NCBI RefSeq assembly: GCF_009914755.1
Contig: NC_060942.1
Strand: one strand, 5' to 3'
DNA length: 64,000 nucleotides
Source of the DNA: the human T2T-CHM13v2.0 reference genome, Homo sapiens
Every line of letters begins with the position of its first letter. The first letter of the stretch is position 1. The notes beneath the pieces were generated by a model. It worked only from the letters and a program-made list of their open reading frames with translations. It made no database searches and had not been told where the DNA came from. Made by a program: the position numbers and the translations under genes. Positions 16,901 to 31,470 of the stretch are shown here, one piece after another.

Positions 16901-17309
16901 CTTATCATTTCTGATTTGTCATATGCTAAACTATATTCTGTTAGGCCTACTCCTGAATTTCATTCTGCCCTATTAATCTACTGCTATATTTGACAGCAAG
17001 TAACACACTTGAAATATTTTCTAAATTGTGGCTTGATAATATTTTTACTATCTATTAATGAATTTTTTCAAAACTTTGCTTTTCTCATTTATTCCTCCAG
17101 ATATATTTTAGACTCTGTTCTGAAGTATATATTATAAATTAATTTCAAAATCATTGATATCTTCATAATATTTACTCCAGAATTATGTTAGGACTCTATT
17201 TATTCAAGCTTATTTAAGCTAAGCAATTAATCTAGAGATAATTTTTTTAGATCGCTTAACTCAAGTAACCAGAATGATAGAGAAATTTTAGAAGGACATA
17301 GAATGGTAA

Positions 17310-18459
17310 TAGCCAGCCTATGGGTATGAGGGGATATCTTGTGTTTTTGACTTGCATTTCTTTCATAATCAACGATGTTGAGCACATTTTCATATGTCTG
17401 TTGGCCATTTGTATGTCTTTTTTCAGAAATGTCTATTCAAGTACTTTGCCCATTTTTTAAATCAAGTTTGTTTTTGCTATAGAGTTGTATGAGTTTCTTA
17501 TATATTTTGGATATTAACCCCTTATCAGAATAGGGTTTGCAAACATATTTTTTCCCATGCTGTAGGGTTTCTTTTCATTTTGTCATTTCCTTTGCTGTGC
17601 AGAAGCTTTTTATTTGAAGTAGTCCCAGTTGTTTGTTCTTGCTTTCGTTGCATGTGCTTTTGGTGTCATATCCAAAAAATCATTGCCAAGGACAATGTAA
17701 AGGAGTTTTTCTCCTATATTTTTTTTTCTAGGAGTTTTATGGTTTCAGAACTTACAGTGAAGTCCTTATTCCATTTGAAGTTAATTTTTGTATATGGTGT
17801 AAAACAAGGGTCCAAAAACAGTTTGCAATTTCCTCAAAAAATTAAAAATAGAACTATCATACCATCCAGCAATCCCACTGCTGGGTATATATCTAAAGGC
17901 TATGAAATAAGTATCTTGAAGAGATATCTGTATCCCCATGTTCATTGCAGCATTATTCATGGTAACCAAGATATGGTGACAACCTATCTGTGTCTACCTA
18001 ACCTAACCTAAGTGTCTGTGGACAAATGGATGGATAAAGAAAATGTTTCTCTCTTTCTCTCTCTCTTTGGCTTAGTCCATTTGTACTGCTATAGCAAAAT
18101 GCCAGATACTGGGTAATTTATAAAGAACAGAAATTAATTTTTCACGGTTCTGGAGGCTGAGAAGTTCAAGATCAAGGCACTGATGATTTTGGTGTCTTAC
18201 GAGGGTCCTGTTTGCTGCTTCCAGCATGGCACCTTGTTGCTGCATTCACCAAAGGGAACAAATGATGTGTCCTTACATGGTGGAAGGCTGAAGGGCAAAG
18301 GGCCTAAATAGTTCCTTTCAGCCCTTTTACAAGGCACTGATCCATTTATGAGGGCAAAGTCCTCCTGACTTAATTACTTGCCAAAAGGCCTTACCTCTTA
18401 ATGCCACCACAATGGTGATTAAGTCTCATCTTGAATTTTGGTGGGGACATATTCAAACC

Positions 18460-18490
<31 letters not shown>

Positions 18491-18895
18491 CACACACAGA
18501 ATATTATTCAACCATAAAAAGAAGGAAATCCTGCCATTTGCAACAACATGGATGAACCTAGAAGACATTATGTTAAGTGAAATAGCCAGAGACAGAAAAA
18601 TAAATACTGTGTGATCTCATTTACATGTGAAATCTAAAAAAGTTGAAATTATAGAAACAGAAAACAGTGGTTGCCAAGAGCTGGGAGTAGGGATGGGGGG
18701 AATAGGGAGACAGCGATCAAAGGGTACAAATTGTCAGTTATAAATGAACAGTTTCTGGGATCTAATGTACAGCATGAGTGGTCATGGATGTGTTAATTAA
18801 TTTGATTGTAGTAATCATTATACAATGTATATGTACATCAAATCCATTGCACACCTTTAATATATTCAGTCTTTGTTCATATTTAAAAATAAAAA
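17310..18895. mobile_element. Old L1 (L1MA/MB-like) with inverted 5' part (minus 17310-~17812, plus ~17813-18895), split by a MaLR LTR
   Basis: Minus-strand ORF2 sequence ends at 'aagggtcc'; plus-strand 'aaaacagtttgc...gaactatcatacc' runs to an L1M 3' end and A tail. Confidence 0.8.
18067..18462 (-). mobile_element. MaLR solo LTR (MSTD/MLT1A-like) inserted in L1
   Basis: cttagtccatttgtactgctatagcaaaat...ttctggaggctgagaagttcaagatcaagg...ggggacatattcaaaccacag. Confidence 0.85.
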
Positions 18896-20104
18896 AACCT
18901 AAAAAATGACTATATAGTGGGTTTTCTGCATTTGCTAGTAAAGTGTTGTTTTTTGATTTAGTGTAAAGATTAGAGAAAAAAGAGAAGAGAAAGAGAGAAG
19001 GAGAAACAGGGAAAGGTAATTATATTGAAAGTAGGTTGTTATGTCAGAATTTGTTGATAGCTTCTAAATCCTACTTTGACTATCAATTCCAAATTTTAGT
19101 CCCATCAAATTCTCATAAAAGTAAGTTTATAAATAATACATTTGACTGATACATATTACAGTCTCTTCTTTTCCCTCTCATTCTCTGTGGAGAAGAAGAA
19201 TTGTGAAAATGTCTGAGCAATCATCAATCTGCTTAGCTGGCCCTGGAATAGTCACGAATGCCCATTACTACCAGGATTTTAATACCCAGTGTAATGATCC
19301 AGTGAGACTTCTTTAGTAGACCACCAATGACAGGGGTCTTTATAAGGAGCACAGGCGTTTGGTCTAATGATCCAATTATAAATTTGACAGGGGTCTTTAT
19401 AACAGCACAGGTTTTGGTCTAATGATCCATATTAACAAAGACCTTCCAGTAGTTAATATGACCTAAGTTATTTTTTGGAAAAGGGATTGTGTGGATGGTC
19501 CTGATTGTTAACTCATGAATGAAGGTTGTTGGGCCCCTTTGTTGAGCTCGTGGTCCTCCCTAAGCTGACTAGGAGCTTTCAGAAATACCATGTACACATC
19601 CTGTTGTTGCTTTAGTCTCAAGACAGGAACCACAAGGCTGTGGATATTCCTTCACTTTATTCTAGAAGTTCAGCTGTGGTTGCTAAATGGCTCTGTTGTT
19701 GCATTGGAGGTTCTTCTATGATCCTCTGCTATGTTTGATGTTAAGGGGAATATATATTGCTCTATTAATTGTGTGACACAAGAGATCTGAAAAGTGTTCT
19801 GAGTTCTAGTCCACACTGGCCTTGTCTGGTAACTAACTCTTGCTTCTTTGTATTAAGGTAGCAAGACTCTTAAAACAGATTTTCCAGAAGAAAGAAAACA
19901 TGTTTATCTTACTATATTAGAGAGTAAGAAGAAAAACAGAATCAACCTGGAGACCTTTTTTACTATTTAGATTTTGACAGTTCTCTAAAACCCATTTTAT
20001 GTGCTTCCCTCCATGACATTTTTCCTAGATACCCTACTGTCTATATCTATTCTCCTCTGACTCTTGCAGCACATAGCTCTATGGCTTCAGCAGGAGCAGG
20101 AGTC

Positions 20105-21102
<998 letters not shown>

Positions 21103-21428
21103 CATGCTGTTTCTATAGCTCCAGGGCCTAGAGAATGGTAAATCTCAATATATGTTTATTTAGTGAAATAGTCAGTGCCCATCAAATATTTGCCAAGTGA
21201 ATATAAACGAGGAATGTGGTAGGAGGTGCAGAGCAGGGAAGACATTCTGCTAGGCCAGGGTCTTGGGGGTCTGTCTGTTGGTCAGGGCAGTTACCATGAG
21301 TGAGGAAGGCCCAGTCCAACAAGCCAAAGTGAATCCTCTAGAGTGAAGCAAGGAAGCAACTTGTGAACACTCAGGACCTTGTGTGGTGACCTGGAAATGG
21401 CTCTGGAATGAATGGGCCAGGTTCCTAG

Positions 21429-21752
<324 letters not shown>

Positions 21753-23334
21753 AGCATTTGCCACTATTTCAATGTGTCATTTGGAGAAAGTGATTTTATC
21801 TCTCTTGACCTCAGTTTCGTCATATGCAAACTGGGGCAACTGGGCTAGTTTAATGTTGAAGGCTTAGTGAACTTAGAATATGAAAAGAGGGAGCTGGCAG
21901 TTCCTGGGCTGCAACAAAAGCTTAAATGGCACATCATCTTTTCATAAGGCCCAAATGCAGAAATACAAATAACTACAGGAGTTTCAGTGTCTGAATTCTG
22001 CCTTCAACTTATTGGCACCTCGTTCAGACAATCTCATGGACAGTTCTGCAAACCATGTGCTCTCTCATCATACCTTTTGACATAGAAAGGGCCACTTCTA
22101 CAGAAGTCTTTGTATCATCTGCATGGGGCTTTATGTCACAGTCATCTTAAAGTTTGTAGTTCAGGTCAAATGAGATATTTTCAAAGCTCAGTCTGTATTC
22201 CCAAAACAGCAATAAATCACTCAGAAAGTTATGTGCTCATTTGCACATAGCTTCAAATTACTGATTTAGCCAGCTGAGGGCATGCATTATGGTTTTTTAG
22301 CATATGATTTTTTATTTCTGGTGTTCTGATCATCCAGTAATTAGTGGATACAGATGAAATTACATGCTGCTGCCATTGCCTCAGATGGTCAGGTTTTCAG
22401 GATGCCAACTCCCAGCTCCTTTAGAGTTGACATAAATATTATGGAAGCAAAAAATTATAGTCATTTGCAGGGAAATCATGTGTTTAATTGCCAAGTGAAG
22501 CAGGGAAAAATAGCAGAAGCACGCATCATGTATCAGTTAATGTGAGTGCATTATTGCATGTTGCAAAGGGGTCTGGAAGGACTTTTCAATAGCAAAATGA
22601 AAACAAAACTATTATTAAAAAAATGCCATCTGTGAAGTCTCCAGATATGTCTGCCTGGCTCATTTCCTTTCAAAAATATTCCCTGCATTCCAAGAGATGA
22701 TAATAATGAACGAAAATAACCATGGGGTAAACATGGACCATGGCTGATGGAGTGGGACTTAATGTAAGGAGTTGATGTTGAAATAAACACGGAAAGGAAT
22801 ATCCCGCAGACACATTTTGTGCAGCTATTTCAATGTTTGCTGTAGATGGCACTTTAACACAACAGAAGACTCCTCAGATCCTACACATAGGTGGGTTATT
22901 TTGATAATTTCAGATGCAGAATTTACTTAAACATTTATTTCTAAGCAAATGTTATTTGTAAAAAATGCACAAAACTATGGAGATATAATAATATTTCCAA
23001 GTTACATTAATTTTTGCCTTCCTATTTTAATTTAATCTTAATTTTAATTCACTTTTTTGTTATTTGGTAAACCTGTCATTTTGGGAAAGATAGTTGATAA
23101 TTGATAAGGTTTTATAGGAGGCCAAGAATCAAGGTAACTTGGAAATATTGCTATCATATTTCTGTATTAGGTAGACAAATAATCACCACAGAAAACTTAC
23201 CTAATCATGTGTCACATATCTTCCTCTATTTAAATTATGGTTAAAATTAGGGGCTTTATCTATTATTCTATATTATTATAAAAGCAAAGGTAAAGCTCTC
23301 ATAGGTTCTATGTGGTACACTGTGATCAGCAGAG

Positions 23335-23580
23335 TATGTCAGTCAAGGACAAGAACTCTGGAGTCAGATTTTCTGGTTTGATTCCCTGTCTGCCACTTAC
23401 CAATATGTGTCCTTGGACAAGTTTTACATTTATATATAACTCAGCTTCATCACCTTTAAAATGGAGAGACTATCAGTATCTACCTCGTATGCTCTTATGA
23501 GAATTAAATGAGACAATTCACATAAAGCAATTAGTCTAATACCTGGCATATATTAAGGGCTTAATATATGTAAGTAGCAA
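23335..23580 (+). mobile_element. MIR SINE
   Basis: ctctggagtcaga...ctgccacttacc...ccttggacaagtt...taaaatggag...tatgagaattaaatgaga MIR core. Confidence 0.8.
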
Positions 23581-24339
23581 ACTGCAAAAGCTAGCATTCA
23601 ACCAGAAGTTAAGTGTGGCACTCTCTGTTATATGACAATCTTTAGGTGAGATGATGAGAAAAGCTATTACTTTATGACAGTCTATTATAATATTACCTGT
23701 ATAATATTCTTTATTCTAATTGGACTATTATAATAGCTCATAATATAATAGATATGTATTATGAGGGGCCATTCTATGCCAATTACTGACATAATTTTTC
23801 TGAAAAGAAGACACATAAATTAAAATTACAATGAGATATGATTTTTTACCTATCAGAATTGTAAAATATAAAAGGATTAATAGTGTTGTTGATACAAATT
23901 CTATAAGTTCAATTCAGTGGAACCTATAGAACCTATAAAAAATGAGGAATGCACATACCTTTGATCCAGCACTTCAACATACAGAAACTTATTTTACAGA
24001 AATAATTATGCAAATACACATGAATATTTGTGTAAAGATATTCATTGTATCATTATTTGTAATAGTGCAAAATTGAAAACCAAAAAACATGAGCAGGGGA
24101 ATGAATGATTAGATACATTGTTGTCTTTTCATACTATTGAATATTATGTACCCACTCAAAATACAGAAAGTAGATCTATATGAAATGTTACATAAAGAAG
24201 TCTGTGACACTCTGTTCAAGGTACAAACCAAGTTGCATTATGCTATGTATTTGGTATGATTCTTTTTTGGCAAAAATATACTCATCTACCTTCATATTTG
24301 TGTATTTATAGAAAAAGACTAGAAGGAAATTTATGAGAT

Positions 24340-25403
24340 ACAGTTTTACACTACATAATGATATTTTGGTCAGGGATGGACCACATGTATGAAGGTGGTC
24401 CCATAAGATTATAACAGAGCTGAAAAATTTCTAGCATGTTTTAGCATAATGCATTACTCATGTGTTTGTGGTGTTGCTGGTGTAAATAAATTTACTGTGC
24501 TGCCAATCATATAAGCGTATAGTATATACAAGTATGTATACTGCATAATACTTGATAATGATAATAAACAACTATATTACTGGTTTATGAGTTCACTATA
24601 CTATACATTTATTGTTATTTTAAATTGTACTCCTTCTATTTATAAAAAAAAAAAGTTAACTATAAAATAGCCTCGGGTGGGACCTTAGAGAGGTATTCCA
24701 GAAAAAGGCAATGATATAGGAGATGACAGCTCCATGCTTGTTATTGCGTCTGCAGACCTTCTAGTGGGGAAAGATGGGGGGATAGAAGACAGTGGTATTG
24801 ATGATCCTGACTCTGTGTAGGCCTAGACTAATGTGTGTGTTTCTGTCTTCATTTTTAACAAAAAGTTTTTAAAAATAATAAAATTCAAAAATTTTAAAGT
24901 AGAAAAGGATTATAGAATAAGGATAAAAAGAAAGAAAATATTTTTGTACTGTTGTACAATGTGTTTGTGTTTTAAGCTAAAAGTGCTATTACGGAAGAGT
25001 CAAAAAGTTAAAAAAGGAAAAGATTATAGAGCAAAAATGTTATAGTAAGCGAAAAATAATTTATTACTGAAGGAAGAAAAATAATTAAAACATAAATTTA
25101 GTGTAGCCAAGTGTACAGTGTTTCTAGGGTCTGCGGTAGTGTGTGGTAATGTCCTGGGTCTTCACATTCACTCACCACTCACTCACTGACTCACCCAGAG
25201 CAATTTTCAGTTCTACAGGCTCCATTCATGGTAAATGTCTTACACAGATGTGCCTTTTAAAATCTTTTATATCATATTTTTATTGTATTTTTTCTATCTT
25301 AACATATGTTTAGATACACACATACTTACCATTGTATTACAATTGGCTACAGATTTCAGTACAATAGCATGCTGTATGGGTTTGTAGCCTAGGAGCAATA
25401 GGC
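24340..25403 (+). mobile_element. Tigger3 (Golem/MER7-like) DNA transposon
   Basis: ggtggtcccataagattataac...aggtattccagaaaaaggca...cacattcactcaccactcactcactgactcacccagagcaa...tgtagcctaggagcaataggc. Confidence 0.85.
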
Positions 25404-27041
25404 TTCTGGCTTTCACAGAGAACCCTGAGCTGATATTTAGCTGACCTAACTCTGTTGTTTTCTTCATTCAGGGCTGCTATGGCTTGTAATAACAGCTAAC
25501 CAGCTCTACATATCTTTCAAGCTCCAGAGTTTGCAGAAGTCAGTGCATCCCTTTCTGCCTGCACCCCATCCCAATCCACTACTGGTGGAAATCCTACTAA
25601 TTTTATGATGCTACTGAGTGCTGGAGGTACCACCATACTCGAGAGAGAAATGGGGCCCTCAGGTCCTCCTGGGTCCTTGTTGCCTCGATTCCCAGAATCT
25701 CACCCTGAAGTCTGCTCTCTATACTCATTTTTGTTAGCAACTGTCTTAATTTAGGTTTACCCAGAAATCTACACTGAGATAAGAATCTGAGTAAAGTAGT
25801 CCATGTGGGAGGAGGTCTGAGAAAGCATTAACTGGGCAATGAGGAAGTGAAGTTACAAGGGTAAGAGTTAAATACACAGCACATGTAAATGAGCAAGTTA
25901 CTATTGCAGGCACCTGGAGCCCAATCTGGCTGAGAAAAACTGTGTAGAAAGGGGCTTTACAAATTAAAGCCCAAGGGCCAAGTCTCACTGCGGCCTATTT
26001 TTCACCTACAGGTGAAGATACAGAAGAGGCTGAATTCACTGCCCTGGAAAATCTCCTGTTGAAAGTCAAGGATCTGACAGGCATGGAGTGGGGCTCTTAG
26101 ATTTGAGGCAGGTTCATTTGGGGATGTGCTGGGCTGGATTGCTGGAGCAAACAGCCTTCCTTGTCCTGAAGACTATGCAAATGCCTTACCTGAGGTAATG
26201 GCCTTGCAAGAGATGCTTTGTCTCTTTGAAATCAGTTCCTGCTTCCTCTCATTACCTAAAAGTAAATGACTAAGGTCAAGGTAACTAAGTCAAAAGTAAA
26301 TAACTAAGGCATGGCTATATTGAGCACCTACTGCCTATGCTATGGGAGGAAAAGAATAAAAGGATTATTCACCCAAAGAGCTGTGGGACCTGGCTAATAG
26401 GTACCAGCAGAACTAGGAGAACATACCTGGGGATGGAACCTGAGGATGCCGAGCCAGGGAGGGCAGGCTATGAAGCTAAAGATAATTGATACGGGGACAT
26501 TCTCTAATGATCCAGGATTTAACATCTTGTCAAGGACACCTGGAGCCAGTCCTCATGCCCTGCTGGGATGTCTCCTTTGAAGCCTGAGCACATTGGTGGC
26601 CCACAGGAAATACAGTAGATATGATAGAATTATCTTGACAAATTATTGGAGAAGGGATCAAAAGGCTCAGATAAATGGCCAAGTTAAAAGAGATTTATTC
26701 TGTAAAACCAGAGAACCCACCAATTGACTATGTTCCTTGAGGAGCACAAAGGGCGCTCTCTTCACTAAAGTGCTAGGAGCATGGCACTGAGGGGGACGCT
26801 GGTGGCATTGTTGGGAAGCTCTGTGATAACTGTACTCTGTAGGCCAGGTGTGGTCTATGGAATCAGGCTCCCTAATGTCACTGAGATAACAGAGTGGCTT
26901 GGTGGTGGCATTTAACATTCTGGGTGAGTGGATAAAATTACCACACTGGCAGTATGGTTGAAGAGTAAAAAAGGGCTTTGAATTGCATTTATCTGTAACA
27001 GTCACCAGTGGGGCCATGGTGCAGTTAAAAATGTATGGCTT

Positions 27042-27382
<341 letters not shown>

Positions 27383-27872
27383 CTACAGAAAGTGTCTAAG
27401 AGAGAATGTGCAGTCAACAGTCAGGTGGTTGAGATTAATCATCCATGGAGCTCAGCCATCCTCTGTCTCTGTTCCCCCCAAGTATTGGCACAATGGGTCA
27501 ATAATAAGAATAGATATTATGGCACGATGGAGGCTATACCTGAGACCAACAGCATGGGCTTCCACTGCCCGTGGCTGATATAGCTACCACTCTGATGAAT
27601 ATGTCCCCCGATAGCACCAGAGACTGACATTGTCCTCAATATGGTTCCACCCCTGGGGAAACCAACCAGCCAGTTAGTGATAAATTGACTACATCAGACC
27701 CTTTCCACTCTGGAGCACATAGCAATTTATCCTTACAGGGATTAATACATATTTTAATACCTCACTGGCAATAGTTTGCCTTCTCTGCCTGCAGTCCTCA
27801 GCTAGGATCACTGTCTGAGGTTTCACAGAGTTTCTGATATACTGACATAGAATCCCACATAACATTGTCTTA

Positions 27873-28093
27873 GATTGAGATTCTCAACTTTACCACTATT
27901 GACATTTGGATAATTCTTTGTTATGGGGGTGCTGACTTGGGCACCGTAGGATGTTTAGTAGCGTTGCTGGCTTCTGCCCATTTGATGCCTGTAGCATCAT
28001 GTACCCTGTCCCTCTAGTTTGAAAAACAACAATGTCTCCAGACAATGCCAGATATTCATGAGGGGATGGAATGTTCCCAGTTGAGAACCACTG
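27873..28093. mobile_element. MER20 hAT MITE
   Basis: ttctcaac...actattgacatttgg...gtaggatgtttag...aatgtctccagacaatgcca...gttgagaaccactg. Confidence 0.85.
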
Positions 28094-29264
28094 GTTTCAG
28101 ACAAAGGGAATCACTTTATGGCAAACAAAGTTTAATAGTGAGCACAAAACCACCAGATCCAGTGGTCTTTCAGTATCCTGCACCATTTTGAAATCTGCCT
28201 GTCAGAATCTTAAAGGAGCAGCTAATGTACCAGTGAGGGGCAAATAGTCTGCAACATTAGAGTGCTGTTCTTCTAGATACTTAGAACCAAATGGTCATTG
28301 TATGTGCCATGGCCTCAATAGCAGGAACATATGGGTCCAGAAACCAAGGAGTGGAAGTTGGAGTAGTCCCTTTACCATTACTTCTGCTGATCATTTGGGG
28401 GGAAATCGTGTTTTCTGTCTCAGAAATTTTAGCTCTGTTGTATTAGGGTCCTGACTCTTGGGTGATGGAAGGGAATGGTATCTGGTGGGGGACATATGTG
28501 TTCTACTAACCTTAAAGCTACAGCTGCTGACCTGCTTATTGTGGACTTCTCATTCCTGTAGATCAGCAGGCAAAGAAAGGAGTTAATATATTGACCAGGG
28601 TGCTTGATCATGAGTATTGTGGGGAGATAGGGTGGCTTCTACCTACCTGGGAGTAGGAAAGACATGTCTGAGATTCAGCACATATACTGCAATGCTTTTT
28701 GATGCTTTTGGTCCTGATAATAATAATGAAAGACCAATTTTAAGAACTATGGCCCAATCTACTATGGTGAAGTAAGTAGGTTTTACTCATGGGTGAGTGC
28801 TATATTACCCCATCAGAAATCTGGATGAGCAAAAGTTCTGGTCTAAGGAGTGAAGACTCTACAATGTGTAGTAGAGGAGAGAGATGAAGAATATCAGTGA
28901 TGACCTTGGAACCAAATGCAGCAGCTTCAACTATAGTTTATCCCACCAATCTTGTTTAAGCTTCTATTATTTTAAACTTCAGTTTTAGCAGCTGAACTGG
29001 AACCCTAAATAATACACACATCCAGAACACTTATAAATCTGCAAAAAAAGGAAAAGTAATTTAAAATAAAATTTGGCTCAACCTCACCACTTATTAACAA
29101 AATTCGAATTGAACACCTATGAGATTTACAAAAATTGATGTGGTAAGCAAATATTACAACACTGATTTTTTTTTTTAGAAAATACATAGATTTTGATCTT
29201 ATATGTAACATTGTATTTCAGATGGATTTATATTGTATAAACATCTCTTTAAAGTACTAGAAAG

Positions 29265-31470
29265 TTAAAAACCATATAATTTCAACTGATGCTGAAAAAG
29301 CATTTGATGAAATTCGACATCTCTTCATGATTAAAAGCCCTCAAAAAACTATGTATAGAAGGAACATAACTCAACATAATAAAAGCCGTATACGACCAGA
29401 TGCACAGCTAGTATCATACTGAATGAAGAAATATTGAAAGCCTTTTCTCTAAGATCTAGAACACAACAAGGACGCCTACTGTCACCACTGTTATTCAACA
29501 TAGTACTAGAAGTCCCAGCTAGAGCAATCAGACAAGAGGAAGACATAAAGGGCATACAAATTGAAAAGGAAGAAGTCAATTTATCCTTGTTTGCGGATGA
29601 TATAATCTTATATTTGGAAAAACCTAAAACTCCACATGAAAACTATTAGAACTGATAAACAAATTCAGTAAAGTTGCAGGATACAAAATCAACATTCAAA
29701 AATCAGTAGCATTTTTACATATCAACAGTTAACAATGCAAAAAAATAAACAGAAAAAGCAATCCCATTTAAAATAGCCACACATAAAATTAAATACCTAG
29801 GAATTAACCAGAGAAGTGAAGATCTCTATTATAAAAACTATAAAACATTTATAAAAGAAAGTAAAGAGGACACCAAAAAAGAAGAATATTCCATGTTCAT
29901 GGATTAGAATAATCAATATTGTTAAAATGTCTATAGCAATCTACAGATTCAATGAAATCCTTATCAAAATAACAATGACATTCTTCACAGAAATAGAAAA
30001 AAGAATCCTAAAATGTATATGGAACCACAAAAGACTCAGAATAGTTAAAGCTATCCTGAGCAAAAATAACAAAACTGGAGCAATCACATTACTTGACTTC
30101 AATTTGTACTACAGAGCTATAGTAACAAAAACAGCATGGTACTGGCATAAAAACGGACATATAGACCAATGGAACAGAATAGAAAATTCAGAAACAAATC
30201 CTCACACCTGCAATGAACTCATTTTTGACAAAGGTGTCAAGAACATCCAGTGGGAAAAAGACAGTTTCTTCAATAAATGGTTCTGGGAAAACAGAGTATC
30301 CATATGTGGAATAATGAAACTAGACTCCTATCTCTCACCGTATACAAAAATCAAATAAAAATGGATTAAAGGCTAAGACCTCAAACTACGAAACTATTAC
30401 AAGAAAACACTGGTGAAATCTCCAGGACATTGGTCTGGGCAAATATTTTTTGAGCAATTTCCCGTAAGCACAGGCAATCAAAGCAAAAATGGAAATATGG
30501 ATCGCATCAAGTTAAAAAGCTTCTGCACAGCAAAATATATAATCAACAAAGTAAAGAGACAACCCAGAGAATGGGAGAAAATATTTTCAAGCTACCCTGA
30601 TAAGGGATTAATAACCAGAATAAATAAGGAGCTATATAGGAAAAAAAATCTAATAATCTGACTAAAAAAATGGGCAAAGGATTTGAGTAGACATTTCTCA
30701 AAAGAAGGCATACAAATGGCAAACAGGGATATGAAAAGATGCTCAACATCACTGATCATCAGAGAAATGCAAATCAAAACTGCAATGAGATATCATCTTA
30801 CTCCAGTTAAAATGGTTTATATTCAAAAGACAAGCAATAAGAAATGCTGCCGAGGATATGGAAAAATGGAACCCTCATACACTGTTGGTGGGAATGTACG
30901 TTAGTACAATCACTATGGAGAACAGTTTGGAGGTTCTTCAAGAAAGGAAAATTTGAGCTACCATGTCATCCAACAATCCCACTGCTGGGTATATAACCCA
31001 AAGAAAGGAAATCAATATATCGAAGAGATGTCTACACTCCTGTGTTTGTTGCAGCACTGTTTACAATAACTAACATTTGGAAGTAGCCTAAGAGTCCATC
31101 AACAGATGAATGGTTAAAGAAAATGTGGTACATATACATTATCGAGTACTATTCAGCCATAAAAAGAATGAGATCCAGTCATCTGTAACAACATGGATGG
31201 AACTGGAGATCATTATGTTAAGTGAAATAAGCCATGCACAGAAAGACAAACATTGCATGTTATCATTTATTTGTGGGATCTAAACAGCAAAACAATTGAA
31301 CTCATGGACATGGAGAGTAGAAGGATGGTTACTAGAGGCTGAGAAGGGTAGTAGGCGGCTTAGGGGCAGGTGAGGATGGTTAATGGGTACAAAATAATTA
31401 GAAAGAATGAATAAGACCTACTATTTGATAGCACAATATAGTGACTAGTCAATAATAACTTAAATAATAA
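29265..31470 (+). mobile_element. 5'-truncated L1 (L1MA1-3-like) ORF2 RT/C-terminal region and 3' UTR
   Basis: Broken ORF2 fragments ([13 protein letters not shown]; [13 protein letters not shown]; [10 protein letters not shown]) and L1MA-type 3' end 'agaatgaataagacctactatttgatagcacaa'. Confidence 0.93.

Noticed and set aside
29349-30904. Cluster of short ORFs with RT-like motifs
   Set aside because: Frameshifted fragments of one old L1 ORF2
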